This document shows positions 1 to 8,900 of a stretch of 39,255 nt of DNA, piece by piece. A program made the translations under genes and the position numbers. The DNA is from an uncultured Thermoanaerobacterales bacterium (GTDB lineage: Bacteria; Bacillota; Clostridia; Christensenellales; UBA1242). The notes beneath the pieces were generated by a model. It did not search any database, was not told where the DNA came from, and was given only the letters and a program-made list of their open reading frames with translations. Position 1 is the stretch's first letter; the number at the start of each line of letters is the position of its first letter. The stretch spans positions 1-39,255 of the forward strand of contig CATKXA010000001.1 of the NCBI GenBank assembly GCA_949840475.1. Reading direction: 5' to 3'.

Positions 1-539
1 CTATGGTCAAAGTATTGCTTGAAAAAGAAACTATTTATAGTGATGAAGTTGACATGATTATGAATGGTAAGAGTGCAGAGGAAATAATCGAGGCTATTGA
101 TAAGAAATATAAAGATAAAGAAGATAACAAGAAAAAAGAAGCAGAAAAACTAGCTGAACAAGAAAAAGCTCGCGAGCTTGCAAAGTCTAGTGCAGACCTT
201 AATTTAAGCTATGTTGATGCTCTTTTGAAAGAGGCTGAAGCACGCTCTAAAAAGTTAAACGAGCTAGCAAAAGAGGCTGAGGCTTCGCTAGAAAATAAAG
301 AATCTATTGCAAAAGAGAGCCAAAACAAAGAAACTTCTAGCAAAGAAAAGCCTGTAAAAACTAAGTCAGAAAAGGCTGAAACAAGCGAAAAAACTGGTTC
401 GGCTAGCGGGGTAGCTCCTAAAAAGACTACTGCTAAAAAATCAGAAGGTAAAGCTACAAGTGTTAGCGAGGCGGACGGGCAAGCTAACGCTAAAACAACT
501 TCAAGTACAAAGAGCAAAAAGCAAGACAAAAAAGACTAA
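1..539 (+). CDS. ftsH: FtsH-like protease, C-terminal end (truncated by window edge) with long Lys/Glu/Ser/Ala-rich tail
   Basis: The ORF is open to the window start. The first ~30 aa (LLEKETIYSDEVDMIMNG) resemble the conserved C-terminal helix of FtsH and the rest is low complexity. The call rests on this short stretch only. Confidence 0.5.
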   Translation, partial: MVKVLLEKETIYSDEVDMIMNGKSAEEIIEAIDKKYKDKEDNKKKEAEKLAEQEKARELAKSSADLNLSYVDALLKEAEARSKKLNELAKEAEASLENKESIAKESQNKETSSKEKPVKTKSEKAETSEKTGSASGVAPKKTTAKKSEGKATSVSEADGQANAKTTSSTKSKKQDKKD

Positions 540-558
540 GTAAATTAAAGGGAAAATT

Positions 559-1143
559 ATGACACTTAAGAAATTTGGAATTATCAGTTCTGTAATAGTA
601 TCTATATTAGTAGTTATAACTATTGTGCTTAGCTGCGTCAAAGTTAATTGTGGTTTAATGTTGAGTGCACCTAGCAAATTTTTGCTATACAATGAAACAT
701 CTGTGTCTATAGCATTAACTGAAAAAAACAATCCTGGCGACTTTAAAAAGATGAACGAGCTTTATAACCAGATGACAAATTTAAGTATTATCAATTACAT
801 GGTCAACAATAAAGCTATAAAGTCAAAACCTGGTCAAGACCTTGACGACAAGTATAGTAGGTGGATTGGAACAAACAAGTCTGAAAATGTTTGTTTAGAG
901 CTTATTTATGACGACAAGCAGACAATCATTGTTGAGGTTGACGGAGATACTAAAATTATTGAGTTTTATGGCCTTATAATGATTGTTAACAACAACGTTA
1001 TTGGCAGTGAAGTTGCTATTTACTTTTCAACTTCAGAAAGTGATACAAAGAGCTACTCACAAAACCCAATACTAGTGAACGCAAAACAAAATAAGTTATA
1101 TAAGTTTATTCAAGAGGTTTCTAATAAACTTGCAGATAAGTAA
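559..1143 (+). CDS. hypothetical membrane-anchored protein (194 aa)
   Basis: ATG preceded by AAAGGGAAAA. One N-terminal hydrophobic helix (IISSVIVSILVVITIVLSCV). Followed by a strong hairpin terminator. No recognisable motif. Confidence 0.6.
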   Translation: MTLKKFGIISSVIVSILVVITIVLSCVKVNCGLMLSAPSKFLLYNETSVSIALTEKNNPGDFKKMNELYNQMTNLSIINYMVNNKAIKSKPGQDLDDKYSRWIGTNKSENVCLELIYDDKQTIIVEVDGDTKIIEFYGLIMIVNNNVIGSEVAIYFSTSESDTKSYSQNPILVNAKQNKLYKFIQEVSNKLADK

Positions 1144-1145
1144 AA

Positions 1146-1176
1146 TAAAAAGCCATAGCAGTTGCTATGGCTTTTA
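1146..1176. terminator. hairpin terminator between convergent genes
   Basis: AGCCATAGCA..TGCTATGGCT stem flanked by an A-run and a T-run. Lies between the 194-aa ORF and ychF. Confidence 0.7.
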
Positions 1177-1178
1177 CA

Positions 1179-2276
1179 TTATACATTAAATCTAAATAGC
1201 ATTACGTCGCCGTCTTCAACGATATACTCTTTGCCTTCAATACGTACCTTTCCTTTTTCTTTTGCTTTAACATAACCACCGCAATCTACAAGCGTTTGAT
1301 AGGGAACGACCTCTGCTTTTATAAAGCCTTTTTCAAAGTCTGTATGAATTTTGCCTGCTGCTTTTGGGGCTTTAGAGCCTTTAGTGATTGTCCACGCTCT
1401 GACTTCTTTTTCACCAGCCGTTAAGAAAGAAATTTGACCAAGTGTTTTATAACCAATTTTAATAATTCTGTCTAGTCCGCTTTCTTTTAAGCCAAGGTCC
1501 TCTAAAAACATTTCACGTTCTTCTGGCTCTAGCTCAGTTAGCTCTTGTTCAACTTTAGCACTTATTACTAATACCTCAGCGTTTTCAGCTTTTGCATACT
1601 CTTTAACCTTTACGACATTTGGTATTTGGTCTTCTGGTTTAGAGATATCGCTCTCAGCAATATTGCAAGCATATATAACTGGTTTTGTTGTTATTAAAAA
1701 CAAACTGTTTGCAAACTCTTGCTCTTCGCTTGTGAGCTTTGCAAGCCTTGCAGGTTTTCCGTCATTTAAGTACACTTTTAGTTTGTTTAAAACCTCTATT
1801 TCAAAGCTAGCCTCTTTGTCGCCTTGTTTTTTACGTTTTTCTGCTTTTTCTAGGCGATTATTTAGGCTTTCAAGGTCAGATAGTGATAGTTCTAGGTTAA
1901 TAGTTTCAATATCCCTTATTGGGTCGATTGAGCCGTCTACATGTGTTATATTAGCGTCTTCAAAACACCTAACCACATGCACTATTGCCTCGCATTCTCT
2001 AATGCTTGCCAAAAATCTATTGCCTAGACCTTCGCCTTTTGAAGCCCCTTTAACAAGCCCGGCTATGTCAACAAACTTTAAGCTTGCATGAGTTATTTTT
2101 TGTGTATGATACAATTCGCCTAAAACATCAAGGCGGTGGTCAGGAACAGCAACTATGCCAACATTTGGTTCTATTGTACAAAACGGATAGTTTGCACTTT
2201 CTGCACCAGCTTTTGTTATAGCGTTAAACAATGTACTTTTCCCAACATTTGGAAGTCCAACAACACCTAATTCCAT
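1179..2276 (-). CDS. ychF: ribosome-binding ATPase YchF
   Basis: N-terminal P-loop GLPNVGKSTLFNA. Length of 365 aa and C-terminal GKEYIVEDGDVMLFRFNV are typical of YchF/OLA1. Confidence 0.95.
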   Translation of the reverse strand: MELGVVGLPNVGKSTLFNAITKAGAESANYPFCTIEPNVGIVAVPDHRLDVLGELYHTQKITHASLKFVDIAGLVKGASKGEGLGNRFLASIRECEAIVHVVRCFEDANITHVDGSIDPIRDIETINLELSLSDLESLNNRLEKAEKRKKQGDKEASFEIEVLNKLKVYLNDGKPARLAKLTSEEQEFANSLFLITTKPVIYACNIAESDISKPEDQIPNVVKVKEYAKAENAEVLVISAKVEQELTELEPEEREMFLEDLGLKESGLDRIIKIGYKTLGQISFLTAGEKEVRAWTITKGSKAPKAAGKIHTDFEKGFIKAEVVPYQTLVDCGGYVKAKEKGKVRIEGKEYIVEDGDVMLFRFNV

Positions 2277-2455
2277 ATTTACTCCTTTTGCACGCTATTA
2301 TACACATTTTTTTTCAAAAAATAAAGCAAAACTTGATATGAAATTGAATAGTAGAGCATAAAATTATATTGTTTTATGCTTCATTGCTTATTAAAAAGCC
2401 TGCGATTTTTGTAAAATAATTTATTGTATTTAGAGGCAATAGTGAGCAATTTAAC

Positions 2456-2483
2456 TTGACTTTATTGTGTAATAGCATAAAAT
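2456..2483 (+). promoter_or_regulatory. sigma-A-type promoter upstream of uppP
   Basis: TTGACT, 16-nt spacer, TAAAAT. Sits about 18 nt upstream of the AGGAG RBS. Confidence 0.55.
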
Positions 2484-2500
2484 TAGTCTAGGAGCTGATT

Positions 2501-3289
2501 ATGGTTATTCTTTATGCGTTGATTTTAGGAGTGCTTCAAGGACTTACAGAGTTCTTGCCCATTTCTAGTAGCGGACATTTGTTGCTGTTTGAAAATATCT
2601 TAGGTATTTCTGGCGACAATATGTTTTTCAATGTGCTTATGCACTTTGCAACACTAATAGCTGTTGTTGTTATTTTTTGGAAAGATGTGGTTGAGCTTAT
2701 TAAACACCCATTTGGCAAAAGAATGCAGGCTATAGTTATAGCCACAATCCCAACTGTTATTTTGGCTCTTGTTGTTAATTACTTTTTTGACGAGTTTGCT
2801 CTTTCAGCATTTTTAGGCTTTGGATTTTTAATATCTGCTGTTGTTATAACCGCGACTTCGATTATGCAAAAAAAGAGGTCGCTTAACTATAGATTTATAG
2901 AAGTAAACAAGAAAAATGCTTTATTGATTGGTATTGTTCAAGGGCTTGCTGTGTTGCCTGGTATTTCTAGGTCTGGTAGCACTATTTGTGCAGGGCTAAT
3001 GCTTGGCGTAGAAAGAGAAGAGGCTGCAAAATTTAGCTTTTTAGTTAGTATTCCAGTCATTATTGGTGGCATGATCTTTGAGCTTATTGGTGGCATTAAA
3101 AGTGGCTTTGGAGAGGTTAATGGACTTGCTTGCTTTGTAGGCTTTGTGGCTGCGTTCGTTGTTGCACTATTTACTATAAAGCTCATGATGAAGATAGTTA
3201 AGAAAGGCAAGTGGTGGGGCTTTGCTATTTACTTGTTTATCCTTGCAATCTTTGTTATTTTAAACCAGTACGTATTATGTTTGTTCTAA
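2501..3289 (+). CDS. uppP: undecaprenyl-diphosphate phosphatase
   Basis: Polytopic membrane protein with the diagnostic motifs LQGLTEFLPISSSGHL and PGISRSGSTI. Confidence 0.93.
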   Translation: MVILYALILGVLQGLTEFLPISSSGHLLLFENILGISGDNMFFNVLMHFATLIAVVVIFWKDVVELIKHPFGKRMQAIVIATIPTVILALVVNYFFDEFALSAFLGFGFLISAVVITATSIMQKKRSLNYRFIEVNKKNALLIGIVQGLAVLPGISRSGSTICAGLMLGVEREEAAKFSFLVSIPVIIGGMIFELIGGIKSGFGEVNGLACFVGFVAAFVVALFTIKLMMKIVKKGKWWGFAIYLFILAIFVILNQYVLCLF

Positions 3290-3290
3290 A

Positions 3291-3322
3291 AAAATAAGAC
3301 CAAAATTTTGGTCTTATTTTAA
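3291..3322. terminator. bidirectional terminator
   Basis: ATAAGACCAAAATTTTGGTCTTAT palindrome flanked by an A-run and a T-run. Serves uppP (+) and the small ORF (-). Confidence 0.75.
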
Positions 3323-3341
3323 ATCTTAAAGAAAATTTAGC

Positions 3342-3473
3342 TTATTTACATTTTCTGCCATTGCTGCAAGCTTTAGTCTTTTTAGATGATGACTTACCGC
3401 AATCTGACGCAGAGTTAGATGCACAGTCTGATGACTTAACATTCTTTTGCTTACTTTCTTCGCGTTTATTCAT
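3342..3473 (-). CDS. small Cys/Ser/Lys-rich peptide (43 aa), below the ORF-track cutoff
   Basis: Manual translation gives MNKREESKQKNVKSSDCASNSASDCGKSSSKKTKACSNGRKCK. AAGGAG lies 8 nt upstream of the ATG and a terminator follows directly. Sits immediately downstream of the ABC-like gene. Confidence 0.45.
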   Translation of the reverse strand: MNKREESKQKNVKSSDCASNSASDCGKSSSKKTKACSNGRKCK

Positions 3474-3527
3474 ATTTTTCGCTCCTTTTTAAGATTTATA
3501 CTCATAGTATGAGCAAAAAATATATTT

Positions 3528-5258
3528 TTATACACTGTTTAAATAGTTACTATCAATGGTTAGTGGTTGTTTGTTTAATTTGACTCTGCCAGTGCTTAAT
3601 TCTTTGACATTGCCCTTTTCTATGAAGTAATGTTTGTCTAAGATATCGTCAATAGGGTTAAGGGCAGAGAAGACTATTATTGTGCGTTCGCTTTTTAACT
3701 TGCTTAGCAACTTTTTGATTGTTGCTTGCTCTTTATCAGATAAGCCAATAGGGAACTCGTAAACCATAAATACTTCACTCTTTGTAAGTAGTGCTCTAGC
3801 TAAGCCTAGCAAAAACTTTTGTTGCAAGTTAAGTGCATTAGGTGTTACGCTTAGGTTTGTTTGGTAACCTTCAGGAAGGGCCATAATAGTGTCATGAACT
3901 CCAACTTTTTTACAAGCTTCAATAATCTTCTTTTTGTTTTGTTCAACAAATTTCAAGTTTTCCATTATTGTATCATTGAAAAAGTATGGTTTGCTTGTTG
4001 CGTAGCTCATGTTGTGCTTGTATGTTTCTACATCAAAGTCGTAAATATTGATTGTGTCTAGCGTTATTGTTCCGCTGTCTGGTCTTACTGCACGGCGTAA
4101 CATATAGAATATTGCACGCTTACCGCAGTTTCTAGTACCCTCTATTAGAACAATTTGATTTTTAGCAATCTGCGTGTTTAAGATTTTTATATTTCCAAGC
4201 GACTTATCTATTTTGTCTTCTGATGAGTATGATACGTTTGAAAAAGTGATAGCACCCTCGATTTTATCTGTTGAGTTTTTACCGAACTCAATCATGTCTT
4301 TTTCGCTCATATCAAGCAAGGTTTTAACACGTAATGCCGCGATACTTGTGTTTTCAAGGTCGTTAAATAGCCCGAAAAATTCTGTCATTTTAGTAATCGC
4401 TGCTGTTAGGTACGGCGTGATTACGAAGTATAGTGATAAGGTTACCACATTGTCAGACACCAATTTTACTAAGTATAGCGTTGCTAGCAAGATTATGAAT
4501 GTGTAAAGTAAATATACCCAGTTGTCACGTAAGCTCTTTAGGTGCGTACGTTTTTTGTAGTTTTTAACAATTTTATCTACTCTATTAAAATATTTTTCAT
4601 GTAGTTGAGTGCCGAGGTTCAAGTCCTGCGATAAATGACGATTGTCTACCATATCTGCGAAAGTTTCAGTTAGTTTATCACGTTCTTCGTAAATTTCATT
4701 AGTCTTTTTACCAATGAGAGCATTGAGTAATTTGATTAAGAAAAATACTAAGATAGCTACACCAAAAATCAACAAGCCTATCAAAATATTGGTTGAAAAG
4801 ATTATTACAAGTGTAATGACTGCTCTAATTAGATAGGCACTCTTGTATGCTGAATAGTCGCAAAAGTCAGAAAGCGTTACAATATTATTGGTAATAGTGT
4901 TAACCATTTTTTCTTTTGAAGTGTATTTAAAGTTCGCCTCATCTGCATTAAAGACTTTATGGAACAGCCTTTCTTGAATTCTTGGGTAAACATAACCAAG
5001 CTGATTGATAGACAGCCTATATTCAAACTCCCAAGACAGTTGTGCGATAAGGTCTATAGCAAAAACAATGCAAAGCTGTATCATTGCACCTTTATAGTCC
5101 GCAATATTGAGTGATGTAATTACATTTGCAGCAGGAATTGCTGAAATTACGCCACAGATACTAGGTATTACTGCTGTTACCCAAGTAAAGAACCAGATCG
5201 TTTTATTTGGGGTCGCTACTTTATACCATGTTTTTAAACTCTGAGTGATTTTAGCCAA
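3528..5258 (-). CDS. ABC exporter-like protein (6-TM domain plus nucleotide-binding domain) with degenerate ATPase motifs
   Basis: TTG start 7 nt after AAGGAG. The N-terminal half is a type-I exporter TM domain. The C-terminal NBD has GTRNCGKRA for Walker A, LNLQQKF for the LSGGQ signature, and VFMVYEFPIGLSD for Walker B. Confidence 0.8.
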   Translation of the reverse strand: MAKITQSLKTWYKVATPNKTIWFFTWVTAVIPSICGVISAIPAANVITSLNIADYKGAMIQLCIVFAIDLIAQLSWEFEYRLSINQLGYVYPRIQERLFHKVFNADEANFKYTSKEKMVNTITNNIVTLSDFCDYSAYKSAYLIRAVITLVIIFSTNILIGLLIFGVAILVFFLIKLLNALIGKKTNEIYEERDKLTETFADMVDNRHLSQDLNLGTQLHEKYFNRVDKIVKNYKKRTHLKSLRDNWVYLLYTFIILLATLYLVKLVSDNVVTLSLYFVITPYLTAAITKMTEFFGLFNDLENTSIAALRVKTLLDMSEKDMIEFGKNSTDKIEGAITFSNVSYSSEDKIDKSLGNIKILNTQIAKNQIVLIEGTRNCGKRAIFYMLRRAVRPDSGTITLDTINIYDFDVETYKHNMSYATSKPYFFNDTIMENLKFVEQNKKKIIEACKKVGVHDTIMALPEGYQTNLSVTPNALNLQQKFLLGLARALLTKSEVFMVYEFPIGLSDKEQATIKKLLSKLKSERTIIVFSALNPIDDILDKHYFIEKGNVKELSTGRVKLNKQPLTIDSNYLNSV

Positions 5259-5362
5259 ATGTTTTCTCCTTAAAGTTAGTTTGTGCTAAACTTGATTTTA
5301 TATAAATAAATATATAATGTAAAGTAAATTTATATTTTTTATCAAATTATGACGTTTTTATA

Positions 5363-5391
5363 TTGCACACGGCATATATTTGTGGTATACT
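5363..5391 (+). promoter_or_regulatory. sigma-A-type promoter upstream of comEB
   Basis: TTGCAC, 17-nt spacer, TATACT, with TG two bases upstream of the -10. Confidence 0.55.
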
Positions 5392-5457
5392 TTATAAGTC
5401 AATTTATGGGCAGATAATTACGGTATTTCAAGCTTTTAGCTTTTAAAAGGTGGAATA

Positions 5458-5928
5458 ATGGATAACAAAAACATAACTAAATGGGATATTCGATTTATGG
5501 ACCTTGCACAAACAGTTGCTGAGTGGAGCAGTTGTTTAAGACGCAAGGTTGGTGCTGTTATTGTCAGAAATAAGCGAATACTTACCACTGGTTATAATGG
5601 TGCCCCTGCGGGCATTGCGAGTTGCGTTGACCGCGGAGAATGTTTAAGAGATAAGTTAAACATTGCAAGTGGAACAAGGGCAGAAATGTGCTATGCAATT
5701 CATGCAGAACAAAATGCAATAATCCAAGCTGCAAAAATGGGCATTAGTGTTGAGGGTGCAACTATTTATGTTACACACCAACCATGTTCTGTTTGTACTA
5801 GAATTTTAATAAATTCAGGTATCAGTAGAATTGTTTATAAATATGCTTATCCAGACAGCTTTTCATTAGAGTTATTAAACGAAGCTAAAGTAGAACTTGT
5901 GCATTTGCCAGAGGAGAAACAAGGGTAA
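5458..5928 (+). CDS. comEB: dCMP deaminase (ComEB family)
   Basis: Zinc-binding motifs HAEQNA and PCSVCTRILINSGI. Length of 156 aa. Confidence 0.9.
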   Translation: MDNKNITKWDIRFMDLAQTVAEWSSCLRRKVGAVIVRNKRILTTGYNGAPAGIASCVDRGECLRDKLNIASGTRAEMCYAIHAEQNAIIQAAKMGISVEGATIYVTHQPCSVCTRILINSGISRIVYKYAYPDSFSLELLNEAKVELVHLPEEKQG

Positions 5929-5931
5929 AAC

Positions 5932-8900
5932 ATGAAAAAGTTTTTATCGTACATTGTTACCTTTGTTGTAATGTTCTTCATTTCAGCAGCTGTAACAGTG
6001 TCAATGTCAATGTCGGGAGGGGGTTCACTCTTATTGCCTAGCCAAGACGATACGCAGGCAAGTGGCTCTTCCTTTTTTAATGGCATTTTAAAGACTTTTG
6101 AAGAAAATAAGCAGTTTAATGTTATGGGTAACCTAGAGATTAAAACTGAAGATCAAGTAATTCCAGTTAGCCTTTTTGTTAATATTGACTTAGAAGACGC
6201 AAGCAATATTAAAGTCGAAGGCTTTGTAATAGCAAATATAGACCAAAAGTATACTGTTGAGTTTTCTCTATACAATAACTGTTTATACCTATCGTTTGAA
6301 GATATAAATGTAAAATTAAATATCAATGGCTTTAGCGAGCTAATTGATACATTAAGTAATATTTTAGGCACTGGTAATCAAAATGACACTTCAAGCTTTG
6401 TTGAAGATTTGATGCCAACACTAATGGGTGCGTTAGACAATTTAAAAGAAACCGTTACTGCTGATGGCGAGAAACTAGTAGAAATTACTATAGACAATTT
6501 AGTGTCAGCACAAATTCTTCTAGACAAGGACGAAAAACTAAAAAAAGCAAGCCTTGAAACTATAGACTTAGACGGCGTTAGTTTAACTGCTGTGCTTGAT
6601 ATAACATTTGACGAAGAAATCGTCATAACCAATCCAGAAAAGAGCATTCCTGTTAGAGAGTTCTTTGACGTATATGAGCTTTATAACTTAAACTTTGGCT
6701 CAGGCAATTTATTTAATAGCTTTGATTATCAGATTGGCATCAATGCTTTAAACTCTTGCCAAAGTTTAAATGGTTATGCAGTTATAGATAATGGCTTAAG
6801 CATGGTTGGAAACTTAAATGGCTTTGTGAGCCAAAGCTTTAGACTTGACTTTATAGATAACCAGTTATTTGTAAATGTTGGCGACATACGTGTTAAACTA
6901 GATATTGCTAGTCTTGATAGATTGCCTGCCAGCGAGCAAACTAAAGCTGGCATTGGCATTTTAAGTTCTATGCCTAGCATTTCTACAGATATTAGTATAG
7001 ACAGCATTCTAAGTTTGTTAAAACAATCAAAGGTGTGCTTAAGTAAAAATCAGGTACTTTTAAAAACAAACCTTAATGCACTTGGCATTAACTTAGAGGC
7101 CGAGATTGTACTTGCTTTAAATAATTACGAGATTGAAAATATAAGCATTGTTGCGAGCCTAGAGCAAAATGAGTTTAATATAAACTTATGCAAAGCTTCG
7201 CACCAAAAACCAGCCAGCATAGACGGTAATAAGTATCTTGATGTTGTGAACTTTGTAGAAAGCACGATGGAAAACTTTACTTTGAGCGAGGGCAATATCT
7301 TTGCAAGTATTGAGGTGCTTAGTGGCAACAAGCAATATTTAGCCAATGCAAATATATTTGTGTCTGCGATAAATCAATACTTTAGTGCTGATATGAATAT
7401 AGCTGGCGATATGGCATTTGATGCAAACATTGCTATGCAAAATGGTAGACTATTCTTGAGGTCAAATGGCACTGCTCTTAGCGTTGAAACTGAAAGAGTT
7501 TACCAGCTTGTTAAATTCTTGGCAAACAGCAATATTATTAAAAATATCAATGTAGAAGACTTGAGCAAACTTTTAGGAACTTCAAGCGATTTAGTTGGCG
7601 GTTTTGATATAAATGACCTAAAGTGTATAAAAACTCTCAGTGTAGATGCTAGCCAAATAAAGCTTGTTGTGGACGGTGACGTTTTTGGCTCACATAGCGA
7701 CATCACTCTAATAATAACACTTGAAGATTATATTGTTAGCGAAATCGAGCTTATGGGCATTGAAATAGAAGATACTAAAGTAAATGCTAAGTTCAACTTA
7801 TATGGTGGCGAGGTTGAGCAAAAGTATTATAATCCTAATGATTATGCTAACCTAGACAGCGTGGTATCACTATCTGAAGCTGCAGTTAAAACTTTGTACC
7901 AAGATGGTATTAAAGGTAGCATTTATGCCAATTTTGAGTTGTTTGGCGAAATCAACGAGTTAAAACTTGAGTATGGCTTTAACTTTGATAACTGCAACTT
8001 AAATGGATATATTGTTACAAACTTCAAAGGTTTAGATATTAATTTATACTTTATTGACGGAACTTTCTATGCAAACATAATCGGCTTAAAAGTATATGTT
8101 GAGTTCACAGAATTTGGCGACCTTATAAATTACTTATCACGTGAGTTCGGATTAGAGCTTGACGGCTTTGATATTAATAACCTTTTACAAAGCTTGAAAG
8201 ATGTAGACTTAAGCCAGATTATTCTAGGATACATTGGCGGAGAAAAGAGTGTTGAACTTAATCTTGCTAATGATATCACTATCTTTGTTAACTTTGATGA
8301 ATTTGTTAACCAGGTAATAGTTAGAGTTAAAAATGTGTATGTTGAACTAAATGTGTTTAGTTATGACAGCAGCGAGATTGATAATTTAAATAAAGATGAA
8401 TTTGGTCATTATAGTATAATTAAAGATACTGTCAGTGCAATTAAAAATACTCTTAGCGAAAATCAATTTAGTATTAATGCTATAGCAAATGTATATGAAG
8501 ACAATATGCTAACATATAACGCCAATGTTGATTTAGCTGTTGATATGAGTGAAGCGTTTAAAGCAAGTGCTAATGTTTCGCTTACTGGTAAACAAAATAT
8601 TAGTTTAAATGTTAATTATATTGATAGTAAGTTATTTGTTAACTATAACAAACTAAAATTATCTGCAAGCAAACAAAGCATAAGTGAGCTACTAGCATTA
8701 GTTATGCAAATGCTTGGCATCGATGCTTCTAATGTTGGCATTTTAGATAATGTAATTAGTGGCATGGATGTAGACATGAGTGTTTTACAAAGCATTATGC
8801 CTAGCATGGATATGAAAAACCCACTTAATATGCTTACCGTTATCAAAAACATAAGCATTGTTAACAATCAGTTTATCATTACACTAAACGGCGATTTAGT

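Noticed and set aside
209-529. Antisense or overlapping ORFs in the track that lie inside longer, well-supported genes. Examples are 209-529(-), 1663-2091(+), 2536-2745(-), 2938-3210(-), 3861-4506(+), the many minus-strand ORFs inside 5932-11067, 12079-12324(-), 15962-18094(-), 18477-18827(-), 26458-27112(-), 28159-28544(+), 29777-30871(+), 31800-32018(+), 32968-33333(-), 35825-36113 and 37483-37755(+).
   Set aside because: They have no RBS and their composition is biased in the way expected for the opposite strand of real genes. Each fully overlaps a CDS with recognisable motifs, so they are treated as shadow ORFs.
3342-3473. The small Cys-rich peptide as a SCIFF/ranthipeptide or lanthipeptide precursor.
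   Set aside because: It has only four Cys and lacks the GGCGECQTSCQSACKTSC-type SCIFF core as I recall it. No radical-SAM or Lan enzyme is nearby. It is kept only as an open question in the findings.
5458-5928. The dCMP deaminase as a defensive nucleotide-depleting deaminase.
   Set aside because: It has the size (156 aa) and motifs of housekeeping ComEB, with no extra kinase or sensor domain, and it sits in a conserved context.
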